Of a stretch of DNA of 64,000 nt, positions 46,144-55,959 are shown one piece after another. Under the pieces are notes generated by a model. It worked only from the letters and a program-made list of their open reading frames with translations, was not told the origin of the DNA and made no database searches. The position numbers were made by a program, and so were the translations under genes. Origin of the DNA: Gammaproteobacteria bacterium (GTDB lineage Bacteria; Pseudomonadota; Gammaproteobacteria; Steroidobacterales; Woeseiaceae); contig JAHHOT010000072.1 of NCBI GenBank assembly GCA_018677555.1, positions 4,737 through 68,736 on the forward strand. The letters run 5' to 3'. Position 1 is the first letter of the stretch; every line of letters begins with the position of its first letter.

Positions 46144-47054
46144 GGATTCTCCTGCTCAGCCGCATTTTCGAAGACTCTATCCTGCGACTCGCCGCGGATC
46201 ACGATGTCATACGGGCGTACGACGCCTCGGCGGAGGAACATCTCGACTTGATCAAAGACCGCGATGCCCTCGTCTTTCGCAGCGGCGTCGACGTCACGCG
46301 CGACCTGATGTCGCGAGCACCGGATCTTCGATTGCTGATCCGCGCCGGATCCGGTCTGGACAACATCGATCTCGATTACGTTCGGGAGAAGGGGCTCGAG
46401 CTGGTTCGCGTCCCGGGGCCCGGTGCAAGGGCGGTGGCCGAGCTCGCATTCAGCTTCATGCTCGCGCTGGCCCGGCAGGTGCTGGTTGCCGACAGCTTGC
46501 TGCGGCAGGGACGCTGGGCCAAACACGAGCTGACCGGCTATCTGCTCGAGGGCAAGACGCTCGGCATATACGGGGCCGGCAATATCGGTTCCCTGGTCGG
46601 CCGCATGGGAGTCGCGTGGGGAATGAACGTGGTGGGTTGTGTGGAGAACCTGTCGGAAGAGCGGGAACAGCAGTTCCGTGAGCAGGGCATCGAACTCGCC
46701 GACGCCGACGACGTCGTGTCCCGCGCGGATTTCCTGAGCATCAACGTGCCCCTCAACGACAGCACGCGCAACCTCATCGGCAGCGAAGTCATCGGGCGCA
46801 TGAAGCCGGGCAGTTTCCTGGTTAACCTCGCCCGCGGCGGCATCGTCGACGAAGACGCGCTGCTCGACGCCCTCGTCAGCAAGCATCTCGCAGGCGCCGC
46901 ACTCGATGTTCATGCGCGCGAAGGCGAGAACGAGATATCCGCGCTCGCGACATTGTCCAACGTGATTCTTACGCCGCACATGGGCGCCATGACCGTCGAC
47001 TCGCAGCGCGCGGTTGGCGAAAGGGTAATCGAGATCGTGCAAAACCGTGCCTGA
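46140..47054 (+). CDS. D-isomer-specific 2-hydroxyacid dehydrogenase (PGDH-like)
   Basis: ATGA overlap with the ATP-grasp gene. NAD fold GKTLGIYGAGNIGSLVG. Catalytic blocks LARGGIVDEDAL and LTPHMGA. Confidence 0.85.
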   Translation: MRILLLSRIFEDSILRLAADHDVIRAYDASAEEHLDLIKDRDALVFRSGVDVTRDLMSRAPDLRLLIRAGSGLDNIDLDYVREKGLELVRVPGPGARAVAELAFSFMLALARQVLVADSLLRQGRWAKHELTGYLLEGKTLGIYGAGNIGSLVGRMGVAWGMNVVGCVENLSEEREQQFREQGIELADADDVVSRADFLSINVPLNDSTRNLIGSEVIGRMKPGSFLVNLARGGIVDEDALLDALVSKHLAGAALDVHAREGENEISALATLSNVILTPHMGAMTVDSQRAVGERVIEIVQNRA

Positions 47055-47103
47055 CCGGGCGCAGGCGTTGCCCGCAACCGCCAGCTGCGGCTAGCATCCC
47101 TCA

Positions 47104-47850
47104 ATGAACAACACCGCGGCTCCTGCCCGACCCATGCCGGATAGCTCGAGAAAAAGAAAACTGTTTAAAGGCAAGAGCATCGCGGTTGTCGGTGCCGATG
47201 GCTCCGGCAAGTCCACGATGGCGCAAATGCTTGTCGAGAGCGCGCCGTCCGCAATGAAATATCTCTACATGGGCGCATCGATCGAGGCCAGCAGCATTGC
47301 ACTGCCCACCTCTCGCCTTCTCGTCCGGCTGAAAAGGCGCCGCCTCCAGGCCGATATCGACCCGAACGCACCATTGCCGCCCACCGACGAGATGTCCGAT
47401 GACATGAAATCACGCTTGCCTGGCGGCACGCTCGTGAAAGGCCTCGGTGTCATCAACCGAATCGCGGAGGAATGGTATCGCCAGCTATACCTGTGGGCCT
47501 ATAAAGCGCGGGGCTACATGGTCGTTTGCGACCGGCACTTCCTGTACGAGTACTTTCCGGACAGCGACAGCCTGCGCTCGCAGAGCCGGCGTCTCAGCGT
47601 GCGCCTGCATGACGGCATGCTAAGGCGTTTTTTCCCCCGGCCGGACCTGACGCTGCACCTGGATGCGCCGGCCGAGATTCTCTATGCCAGAAAACCCGAA
47701 TGGACCGTCGCGCATATCGAGCGACAACGAGCGGGCATAGTGGAGCAGGGTCGCGCCGATCGCCGCTTCGTCCGCATCGATGCAACGCAATCTATCGAAG
47801 ACGTCTTCCAGGACGTTTCCCGTCAGGTGGATGCGTTACGGCAAAACTGA
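47104..47850 (+). CDS. P-loop kinase-like protein (thymidylate/deoxynucleoside kinase fold)
   Basis: Walker A VVGADGSGKST and VVCDRHF (DRx) motif. The substrate cannot be inferred. Confidence 0.55.
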   Translation: MNNTAAPARPMPDSSRKRKLFKGKSIAVVGADGSGKSTMAQMLVESAPSAMKYLYMGASIEASSIALPTSRLLVRLKRRRLQADIDPNAPLPPTDEMSDDMKSRLPGGTLVKGLGVINRIAEEWYRQLYLWAYKARGYMVVCDRHFLYEYFPDSDSLRSQSRRLSVRLHDGMLRRFFPRPDLTLHLDAPAEILYARKPEWTVAHIERQRAGIVEQGRADRRFVRIDATQSIEDVFQDVSRQVDALRQN

Positions 47851-47896
47851 CCGGGCGGGCAATTCCTGCAATGCGCAGCGGGCGCAAACTGAATTC

Positions 47897-49141
47897 CTAG
47901 TTGGTCAGCCGGCCGTCAAGGAACCGCCGGTCGATGACATCCAGCACCCGCTTGCAGGACTGGCCGTCTGTATAGGTGTTGAATCGCCGGCGAATCGCTG
48001 ACCACTGCGCGTCGCGATCGTCGTCGATTGCGCTTCCGCTCGCGGCGTCGCGCAATGCACTGAGCATTTGCTTGCCGTCGTGACAAACCGGCCCGACGGC
48101 AATTTGCTGCGGGTCGAATATGAGTGAGCGGCTTGAGCTCGAAAAGTCCGCAAGATCCGGCATGTAGTAGACGATTGCCCGCTCCAGCAGCATGAAGTCG
48201 AAGATGATCGATGAATAATCACTGATCAGCGTGTTCGTCATGGCCATCAGCCGGTAGATGTCCGATCCCTGCTCCAGCTCGTGAACGTGATGACCCTTGC
48301 CGCAAAACGTGCTTTCGTCGTCCGGGTGAAACTTGAAGAAGAAGCTGCCGTTCACGCTGTCCATGAGCTCGTCGAGCTCAGCCCAGTCGACATCGAAATA
48401 CGCCGCGCCACTGTCGCGGTAGGTTGGCAGGTACATGAATACATGGCGACCACCATTCAATGCGTCCTGAAACGCCGGCGGCACGCTGGCGTCCACCGCC
48501 GAGCCGCTTCCGAACAGGACGTCGTTGCGCGGATAGCCGGTAACTACGCTGACGTCGGGCTCAAGGTCGAATGCACGGTCCGTAATTCGCGCGGTTTCCG
48601 GCGAGGTCGCGATAATCATGTGCGGTCGATGCACGTGCCACGGCATCATGACCGACAGCAGTGCACGCTCGGGCCAGGTGCCGTGGAAAAGCCGGTAATA
48701 GCGACTGTCCCGAGTTGCGATGTCTCGCTCGAATGCCTTGAGAGGGACACCGCTCCACAAGTTGATTCGCCTGGCGCCCCGGCAGGTCCAGAAATTGATG
48801 TCCTTGGAGAATGAATCGAAAAGATACAATCCGGCACGCAGGCAGCACCCGATGCCGCGTGGCGACCAGATCCAGTGTGCTTCCACACCCCGCGCCGAAA
48901 GCTGCTCAACAATGTGTTTTTCGCGAGAAATCCAGACCAGGCGAATTCGGTCGGACACCTTCTCCTGGCAATAGTTGAAGAATGCGGCGCTGTTGTCGGC
49001 GAAGCGGTAACCGCCCCAGGAGCCGAATACCCACAAATCGTCCCGCCGGGGTACGAAGCCGCTGACCAGGTAAATCGGGAATAAATACAGACGTGCCAGG
49101 AGGAGCAGGGCATAGCCGGTGAAGCGTCGCAATGTTTTCAT
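47897..49141 (-). CDS. CDP-glycerol glycerophosphotransferase family protein (TagB/TagF-like)
   Basis: N-terminal membrane-associated helix, then WVFGSWGGYRFADNSAAFFNY, YLPTYRD, FKFHP and LISDYSSIIFDFMLLERAIVYY blocks characteristic of the Glyphos_transf family. Confidence 0.8.
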   Translation of the reverse strand: MKTLRRFTGYALLLLARLYLFPIYLVSGFVPRRDDLWVFGSWGGYRFADNSAAFFNYCQEKVSDRIRLVWISREKHIVEQLSARGVEAHWIWSPRGIGCCLRAGLYLFDSFSKDINFWTCRGARRINLWSGVPLKAFERDIATRDSRYYRLFHGTWPERALLSVMMPWHVHRPHMIIATSPETARITDRAFDLEPDVSVVTGYPRNDVLFGSGSAVDASVPPAFQDALNGGRHVFMYLPTYRDSGAAYFDVDWAELDELMDSVNGSFFFKFHPDDESTFCGKGHHVHELEQGSDIYRLMAMTNTLISDYSSIIFDFMLLERAIVYYMPDLADFSSSSRSLIFDPQQIAVGPVCHDGKQMLSALRDAASGSAIDDDRDAQWSAIRRRFNTYTDGQSCKRVLDVIDRRFLDGRLTN

Positions 49142-49257
49142 TCTTGTTGGACGAATCCTTGCAGACTGAACGGTCGAGTTGTTTTAATGGTTGAGATCCG
49201 CGGAGAATAACACCAGCGGTTGCCGCAAGTCCGGGAAAAAAAATAAAGGACGTCAAC

Positions 49258-50442
49258 GTGCAAAATTCGCCGGCCCGGAGCAACGTGGCCAACCCAGGTC
49301 TACTCCGCGTCGTGCATTTGTTTCGCACGCCCGTCGGCGGATTGTTCCGTCACGTTTGCGACCTGGCGGGGGAACAGAGCAGGCTGGGATACGATGTCGG
49401 CATCGTCTGCGATTCCTCTACCGGTGGCGCTCGCGCCGATGATGCTCTTGCGGCACTGGCGGCGTCATGCACCCTCGGCGTGCATCGCCTGCCCATACGG
49501 CGCCTGCCGGGCCCGTCGGACCTTCACACCGGGCGCGCGGTTAGCCGGATTCTCGCCCGATTGCGGCCGGATATCGTGCATGGCCACGGCGCGAAGGGCG
49601 CGGCGTTCGGTCGGCTGCTGGCGCGGCGAGTCGGCGCCAGGGCAATTTACACGCCACACGGCGGTTCGTTGCATTATTCCCGCTCGACGATCGCGGGATT
49701 GCTTTTTCTCGGCGCTGAGCGTTTGCTCCTGGCCCGAACTGACGGTGCGATCTTCGAGAGCAACTACACGGCGGGAGTGTTCGTTGAAAAGATCGGGCAA
49801 CTCCCCTGCCCGTCCAGCGTGATTCACAACGGTATTCGCGACGACGAGTTTCTTGACAACGACGTGGCGGCGGAATTCGACTTTGTATACGTCGGGGAGA
49901 TTCGTGAAATCAAGGGAATCCTGACGCTGATGGATGCGATCAGCCGCCTTGCGGATCGTGCTTCCTTCTCAGTTGCCATCGCAGGCGACGGCGAACTGAA
50001 GCCGGCTATCAAGCAGCGCATCGCAGCGGAGTCGCTCGACGCAACCGTGACGCTCATGCCGCCGGTCTATCCAGCGACGACCATCATTCGCAAGGCACGC
50101 TGCATTGTGGTTCCGTCGCTGGCCGAGTCGCTGCCCTATATCGTATTGGAGTCTGTAGCAGCGGGTGTGCCGGTCCTCGCAACGAACGTGGGTGGCGTTC
50201 CGGAGATTTTCGGTTCTTACAGCAGGAATCTGCTACCCGCCGGCGACAGTACCGCACTTGCCGATGCAATGCTTTCGAGGTTGCAAAACCCCGAATCGTA
50301 TGACGAAATAACCGCCGCCATGCGCGAACACACCCGACATAATTTCAAATTGAGCGACATGGTGCAGCAGACGCTGCAGTTCTACGACGAGGTATTATGC
50401 GGTAGCGGCAGCCGGGTAAGGCCCGCCGTCAATCGACGTTGA
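49258..50442 (+). CDS. glycosyltransferase family 4 (GT-B, Glycos_transf_1)
   Basis: LLRVVHLFRTPVGG N-terminal domain. C-terminal PSLAESLPYIVLESVAAGVPVLATNVGGVPEI (EX7E-type). GTG start. Confidence 0.85.
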   Translation: MQNSPARSNVANPGLLRVVHLFRTPVGGLFRHVCDLAGEQSRLGYDVGIVCDSSTGGARADDALAALAASCTLGVHRLPIRRLPGPSDLHTGRAVSRILARLRPDIVHGHGAKGAAFGRLLARRVGARAIYTPHGGSLHYSRSTIAGLLFLGAERLLLARTDGAIFESNYTAGVFVEKIGQLPCPSSVIHNGIRDDEFLDNDVAAEFDFVYVGEIREIKGILTLMDAISRLADRASFSVAIAGDGELKPAIKQRIAAESLDATVTLMPPVYPATTIIRKARCIVVPSLAESLPYIVLESVAAGVPVLATNVGGVPEIFGSYSRNLLPAGDSTALADAMLSRLQNPESYDEITAAMREHTRHNFKLSDMVQQTLQFYDEVLCGSGSRVRPAVNRR

Positions 50443-51487
50443 CCCGGCGAAAGCGGTTCGACAGCGCAAATGGCAGACCGCTCAGGAACAGCTTGACGTA
50501 CTTCAGGCGCTGGTAATCCCCGTTCAGCGAGACGCGCGGCAGCGCGTGCAGGTGATCGGCGTGCTCCGCGAAGACCACACCCTTGCGCGTTGTCACCGCG
50601 GTGGCAAAACCGAGGCGCGCGGCGACGTCGAACTCCCTGGGCCCGGCGGAAGCGGCGTCCCCGTATGGATACGCGGCATGCGCCGGCCGGACGCCGGCGT
50701 TCTTCTCGATATCATCGACATTCTGCTCGAATTCGCGCGACACGTCGGCTGCAGCGAGCTTGCTGAGGGCCCGGTGGCTTTCGGTATGAGCGCCAACGGT
50801 CAAAAGCCCGCTGTCATGCATTTCGCGCACCATGGCCCAGGTCAGCGGTCTGTTGTCTGTCGGCGAGCCCTGGTCGTGTTCCGGGTAGCGCTCGCGCAGC
50901 AGCTGCAGCGCGCCTTCCTGCTGCTCCAGGGGCGCCCGCCGTAGTGCCCAGTAAATCTCGTCGAATGCCTGCGCCTTCTGTGCCGTCGTGCCGGTCACCC
51001 GCTCGAATCGTTGCCCGCCAACGGTCATCTCGACGTGGTCCCGGTCCCGAATGGTGTTTTCCAGGTGCTGCCACCACAGGTGCAGGCGCCCGTGCATCAA
51101 CCCGCTACAGAGGTAAACCGTAAACGGCACCTTGTGTTTCCTGAAGATCGGCCAGGCATGCAGGTAGTTATCTGCGTAGCCATCGTCCAGCGTAAAGCTG
51201 ACGAAGCGCCGCCCGTTACCGCCGCGGACGAGGCGCCTACGGAACTCGTCCAGCGAAACGATGTCAATGTTCAGGTCACGTGCCAGTGCGATGACCGCGT
51301 CGAGGAATTCGGGCGAGATGTTCAGTATGCGATTGGGCGAGAAAGGAGCGTCCTGTTGCTGCGGCGTAACGTGATGCAGTGTCAGCAAAACGCCGCGACC
51401 ACTGAACCTTTTCCTGAACAGGTGGTACATACCGCTGTGGTACAGCCCGTTCAGGGCCAGCTTAAGGAGCGACGTTGTATGCGACAT
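50429..51487 (-). CDS. polysaccharide deacetylase family protein (CE4)
   Basis: FTLDDGYADNY (DD metal/catalytic motif) and GAHTESH block. The 3' end overlaps the convergent GT4 gene by 14 nt. Confidence 0.8.
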   Translation of the reverse strand: MSHTTSLLKLALNGLYHSGMYHLFRKRFSGRGVLLTLHHVTPQQQDAPFSPNRILNISPEFLDAVIALARDLNIDIVSLDEFRRRLVRGGNGRRFVSFTLDDGYADNYLHAWPIFRKHKVPFTVYLCSGLMHGRLHLWWQHLENTIRDRDHVEMTVGGQRFERVTGTTAQKAQAFDEIYWALRRAPLEQQEGALQLLRERYPEHDQGSPTDNRPLTWAMVREMHDSGLLTVGAHTESHRALSKLAAADVSREFEQNVDDIEKNAGVRPAHAAYPYGDAASAGPREFDVAARLGFATAVTTRKGVVFAEHADHLHALPRVSLNGDYQRLKYVKLFLSGLPFALSNRFRRVNVD

Positions 51488-51681
51488 AATCTGGCTTTAT
51501 GTGCCACTGAAAAAAAATCGTCTTTATGACCCGATAAATCCCGAAATAAATATTTCATCGTTGAGCGCACTTGCGCTTACTCGAACTATACGTTGAAATT
51601 GAAAGGTTCGAAATGAAGCATTGTTCGTGCAGCGTACCCGCACGCGCAACGACTTAAAAAACAAGAAACCCGGAACAACAA

Positions 51682-53148
51682 ATGGTAGCAAACCTGGGCG
51701 AGTCAACCGGCCCACTCATTCAACGTCACAAGAATCACCGGATTCTTTCGGAAAGTATTACTGCAGGCCTCGTAATCCTGCTCGACGCCGTGACAATTCT
51801 CGTTGTTGGCTGGCTGATTTATGCGTTCTACCTGACTGCCGTTCCCGAACCGGATGCCTTCGTTCGCTACACCACGATACTGGTGATAGTTGCGTACCTG
51901 GTCGTGCAGTCGTTTTACCTGGCCGGCCTGTACAGCTTTGATGCCATCGTGACCCCGACACAACAGATCGGCAAAATCCTGTCCATATCCTCCGTCGTGT
52001 TCCTGGTCCTGGTGGCTGCGGGCTTCGCGCTCAAAATATCCGATGATTACTCCCGGGTGTGGGTGTTCAGCACGGCGATATCGGTAGTCGTGTTGCTGTG
52101 CGTGATGCGTGCAATTGTTGTAAGTATCATTCGCCGTCTCGCCAGGCGGGGCTACCTCGCACACAATATTCTCATCTACGGCGCCACGGAACAGGCGCAG
52201 CGTTTCATCGAGCAGCTGAACCAGATCAACGCACCCTGGAACCGAATCATCGGGATTTTCGACGACCGGCACTCAGCGCACAAAAACGTGATCGCCGGCG
52301 TAAACGTCGAGGGTGGGCTGCAGGAGCTTGTCGAGTGTGCGAGAAAAACACGCGCCGACGAAGTCGTCATTGCACTGCCGTGGGGCGATCAGCGGCGTGT
52401 CAGTGAAATCCTGCAGGTAATGAAGGTTCTGCCGACCAACATCCGGCTGAGTCCCGATCTCGCCAGCATGCGCATACTGAGCGGCACCATCAATTACCAG
52501 TATGGCGTGCCGCTTGCGTCAGTCTACGAAAAGCCGATATCCGGCTGGCAAAACGTCGAAAAACGCGCGTTCGATATCCTTGTCAGCTCGACCATGTTGC
52601 TGCTGTTGTCGCCGCTGATCGCCCTGCTGTGTGCCGGCGTCAAGCTGGACAGCCCTGGCCCGGTCTTTTTCCGCCAGCGCCGCTACGGATTCAACAACGA
52701 GTTAATCAAGATCTGGAAGCTTCGCACCATGTACGTCGACCAGCAGGACGAGAAGGCGGAGCGCCTTGCGACGCCGGACGACCCGCGCGTTACGAAATTC
52801 GGTTCATTTCTTCGCCGCTCGAGCCTCGACGAGTTGCCGCAACTTTTCAACGTGTTACATGGCGACATGTCGCTGGTCGGGCCGCGTCCGCACGCGCTGC
52901 AAGCCAAAGCGGCCGGACAGCTTTACCAGGATGCGGTTGGCGAGTACGCCGCCCGCCACCGGGTAAAACCCGGACTGACCGGCTGGGCCCAGGTCAACGG
53001 CTGGCGCGGAGAAACCGATACGCATGAGAAGATCGTCAAGCGTGTCGAGCACGATCTCTACTACATCGAGAACTGGTCGGTCGGGCTGGACATTCGCATC
53101 CTGTTGCGAACCGCCGTGGTGCTGTTCAAACAGGAAAACGCCTACTAG
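51682..53148 (+). CDS. undecaprenyl-phosphate sugar phosphotransferase (WbaP/WcaJ-type EPS priming enzyme)
   Basis: Four or five N-terminal TM segments, a central Rossmann-like domain, and a C-terminal Bac_transf domain (KRAFDILVSSTMLLLLSPL..., PGPVFFRQRRYG, LDELPQLFNVLHGDMSLVGPRP). Confidence 0.9.
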   Translation: MVANLGESTGPLIQRHKNHRILSESITAGLVILLDAVTILVVGWLIYAFYLTAVPEPDAFVRYTTILVIVAYLVVQSFYLAGLYSFDAIVTPTQQIGKILSISSVVFLVLVAAGFALKISDDYSRVWVFSTAISVVVLLCVMRAIVVSIIRRLARRGYLAHNILIYGATEQAQRFIEQLNQINAPWNRIIGIFDDRHSAHKNVIAGVNVEGGLQELVECARKTRADEVVIALPWGDQRRVSEILQVMKVLPTNIRLSPDLASMRILSGTINYQYGVPLASVYEKPISGWQNVEKRAFDILVSSTMLLLLSPLIALLCAGVKLDSPGPVFFRQRRYGFNNELIKIWKLRTMYVDQQDEKAERLATPDDPRVTKFGSFLRRSSLDELPQLFNVLHGDMSLVGPRPHALQAKAAGQLYQDAVGEYAARHRVKPGLTGWAQVNGWRGETDTHEKIVKRVEHDLYYIENWSVGLDIRILLRTAVVLFKQENAY

Positions 53149-53168
53149 CGATTCTGCTTCAGGGAGCG

Positions 53169-55421
53169 CTAGCCCTCCTCGCTGTAATACTTCCTGAGCG
53201 CCCCGTGGTAAGCGCCGGAATCGCCGTAATGGTATTGCGCGTGCTTGCCGACATCGACCATGTTCAACAGGGTGCCCGACAGATGCCCGCGCGTCCGGCC
53301 CAGCTCCCGCAATGTATGCGCAACAACCGTTTTCGGCGTGCGCGACCAGCGGACGACCAGCATGGTCGTGTCGACCTTGCGGCTCAGCGCGCAGGCGTCG
53401 AGGCCTGCGATGATCGGCGGCGTGTCGATGACGACAAATTCGTACTCTCCCTCGGCAAAGCCGATGAGTTCATCCATCGTTCTGGAATCGAGCAACGGCA
53501 GCGGATCCTCGACCGGCTGGCCCGCGGTAATGAATTCGAGCCCGGTTTCCTGGTCGACGTTTATCGTTGGATGCTCACATTTTCCAGACAGGTAGTCCGT
53601 CAGGCCGACGCTATTCTCCGCATCGAGCACGTCGTGGATCGAAGGATTGCGGGTGTCGGCGTCGATCAGCAGCGTTCGGTGGCCGGAAACCGCGCGGGCC
53701 CGCGCGAGCCCGAGTGCGATAGTCGATTTGCCTTCGCCGGGGTGCGAGGAAGTGACGACGACTGTCGTGGGACCTGCGGGCACAGCGATGGTCAGGCTCC
53801 AATAGGCGGTTCGCAATGCCTGCGCGAACGCGGATCGTGGCTGTTCGAGCATGTAGGTGGCGGGCTCGATCTTGCGCAGGCCTTTCGTGCCCAGCAAGGG
53901 AACGAAGCCGAGCGACGTCATGCCGGTCTCCTGCTCGATCTGCTCGCCGCTCACGAAGCCGCGCTGCAAGGACTCCATGATGAAAACCGCGATGATCGCA
54001 AGCAAGGCAGACAGCGGAATGACGATGCCGAGCATGAACGCCTTGTTCGGGAAAGACGGTTGCGACGGCGCATCCGCACGCGAGATGATCCGCGCCCCGG
54101 CTTGCTGTGGCTGCATTTCGTCCTGCGAACTGATCTCCCGGAAGCGCGCCAGCAGGGTCGCAAGCAAAGCGCGACTGGCCTCCGCCTCGCGCTCCAGCGC
54201 CCGCAACTGGATCTCCTTGTCGTTCGACCGTGCCATGACATTCTTCAGCCGGGCCAGCTCGCTCTGCAGCGATTCTTCGCGCGCCGCAGCGATCGCCACT
54301 TCGTTCGACAGGTTCCTGACGACCTTGTTGACCTCGCTATCGATGCGCTGGGCAAGATCCTGTGCCTCGGCCTGCAGCTGGATCATGCGAGGATGCGACG
54401 GGCCGTATTCCGCGGATAATTCAGCAACCCGTCGTTCGACCTCGGTTTGCTGTTCCTTCAGACGCTGAATCAACGCTGAGTCAAGTACCTCGCTGGCGGA
54501 TGCAACGCCGTCCTCCGAGCTGATCAGGCTGGATAGCTGCCGCAGGCGCGCACGCGCCTCGGCCTCCGCAGCTCTCGCCAGCACCAGCTGCCCATTCAAC
54601 TCCGCAATCTGCTGAGCGGTGAGCGTGCCACCCTCGGTTTGTAACAGCTCCGCGGTCTCGCGAAAGTCCTCGACCGCCTGTTCCGACGCGGCCACCTGTT
54701 CGCGTAGGTCACTTACGCGCTCGTTCAGCCAGTCGTTGGCCACTTTCGTCGCTTCGTACTTGGTTTCCAGCTGCGACAACAGATACTGATCCGCAACGGC
54801 ATTCGAAATTGCCGCCGCTTTTTCCGCGTCGACCGAGGTAATGACGACCGACAGGACCCGCGAGTCTTTCACGGCTTCGACGTCCAGCTTGTTGAGGAAC
54901 GAATCGACGATGGCAGAGCGACTGGCCGTTCCGTCACCGATATCGCGCCCGAAAAGGGCGAGCGTTTTTGCAACAAGCCCCGGCGGGCGCAGGCCACTGT
55001 TGAACTCCGGATCTCCGTCCAGGCCCAGCTTGTCGACTACTGCCGCGGCAAGGCCACGCGACTGCAGCACTTCGACCTGGCTGCGCACGCCCTGGTCATC
55101 GGCCGTGCGGCCCGCAAGCACGGAATCCACTGTGGGAATCGTGACCTGCTGGGGTTCCAGCAATATGAGCGTTTCCGCGTCGTAACGAGGGGTCACGAAC
55201 TGCAACGAGACGCTTACCAGCACAACGCTGGCGAATACGACGCCGAGGACGAACCATTTGCGCCGGAACAGGATATTGAGCAAATCGCCCAGACCGGCAT
55301 CGCTTTCATGCACGTGGTAGGTTGGCGGCGGGCCCGGAGGCTCCGCCTGACTGGCGGCGATTCTGGCCGGCTGCCGGCGCCCGTTCGCGGAAATATGTGG
55401 TTTGGGTCGTCGCGCAACCAT
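53169..55421 (-). CDS. wzc: polysaccharide co-polymerase / tyrosine autokinase (Wzc/GumC-like, PCP-2a)
   Basis: Wzz-type N-terminal domain with a long periplasmic coiled coil. Walker A SSHPGEGKST, A' LLIDADTRNPS, B VVIDTPP. Tyr-rich tail HAQYHYGDSGAYHGALRKYYSEEG. Confidence 0.9.
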   Translation of the reverse strand: MVARRPKPHISANGRRQPARIAASQAEPPGPPPTYHVHESDAGLGDLLNILFRRKWFVLGVVFASVVLVSVSLQFVTPRYDAETLILLEPQQVTIPTVDSVLAGRTADDQGVRSQVEVLQSRGLAAAVVDKLGLDGDPEFNSGLRPPGLVAKTLALFGRDIGDGTASRSAIVDSFLNKLDVEAVKDSRVLSVVITSVDAEKAAAISNAVADQYLLSQLETKYEATKVANDWLNERVSDLREQVAASEQAVEDFRETAELLQTEGGTLTAQQIAELNGQLVLARAAEAEARARLRQLSSLISSEDGVASASEVLDSALIQRLKEQQTEVERRVAELSAEYGPSHPRMIQLQAEAQDLAQRIDSEVNKVVRNLSNEVAIAAAREESLQSELARLKNVMARSNDKEIQLRALEREAEASRALLATLLARFREISSQDEMQPQQAGARIISRADAPSQPSFPNKAFMLGIVIPLSALLAIIAVFIMESLQRGFVSGEQIEQETGMTSLGFVPLLGTKGLRKIEPATYMLEQPRSAFAQALRTAYWSLTIAVPAGPTTVVVTSSHPGEGKSTIALGLARARAVSGHRTLLIDADTRNPSIHDVLDAENSVGLTDYLSGKCEHPTINVDQETGLEFITAGQPVEDPLPLLDSRTMDELIGFAEGEYEFVVIDTPPIIAGLDACALSRKVDTTMLVVRWSRTPKTVVAHTLRELGRTRGHLSGTLLNMVDVGKHAQYHYGDSGAYHGALRKYYSEEG

Positions 55422-55957
55422 CAGAAAAATCGCTCCGGTACTTCGATGACATCGCCGGGTAATACGGTCGTGTCCGGGTTAGCTTTAATTTCGGTTTTCT
55501 CCTCGCCGTCCGGCCTGGTAATGAGGACTGCCTTCGTTTTGGCTCTGTAGGTGTAGCCGCCGGCCAGCGCCACCGCATTCAGCACCGTCATACCGCTGAC
55601 GTACGGGTAGCTGCCGGGCGCCTTCACTTCGCCGATGATGTAAAACGGCCGATACGTGAGAACCTCGACACTCACTTTCGGCTTTTTGAGATAGTCCGGC
55701 TGCAACGCTTCGGTGATGGACTCCTCGAGTTGGTCTGCGGTCAGGCCACTGGCGCGCACCTCCTGGATAAGTGGCAGCGAGATGTTGCCCTGGCTGTCCA
55801 GATCGAACTCACCGGAAAGGTCTTCGTGTCCGTATACCGTGACCTTTACCCGGTCTCCGGAGCCCAGCCGGTACCCGAGCTCCTCAGCGAGCGTCGCGGC
55901 GGCAAAAAAAATCGCCACGCCGAGAGTGAGCAGTCGAATTAACGTATTCATGTTCAT
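55421..55957 (-). CDS. wza: short outer-membrane polysaccharide export (OPX) protein (Poly_export + one SLBB domain)
   Basis: Signal peptide without a lipobox Cys. YRLGSGDRVKVTVYG (PES-type motif). SLBB-like PFYIIGEVKAPGSY...TVLNAVALAGG...PGDVIEVPE. At 178 aa it lacks a Wza-type C-terminal OM helix. There is a 1-nt overlap with the wzc start. Confidence 0.85.
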   Translation of the reverse strand: MNMNTLIRLLTLGVAIFFAAATLAEELGYRLGSGDRVKVTVYGHEDLSGEFDLDSQGNISLPLIQEVRASGLTADQLEESITEALQPDYLKKPKVSVEVLTYRPFYIIGEVKAPGSYPYVSGMTVLNAVALAGGYTYRAKTKAVLITRPDGEEKTEIKANPDTTVLPGDVIEVPERFF

Positions 55958-55959
55958 TG

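Noticed and set aside
53205-54419. 404-aa plus-strand ORF inside wzc
   Set aside because: It is an antisense shadow of a gene with unambiguous Walker A/A'/B motifs and a Tyr-rich tail. Its composition is Arg/Asp-rich and non-protein-like. The same reasoning applies to 46071..47042, 40803..41825, 39492..40457, 57246..58145 and 15065..15994.
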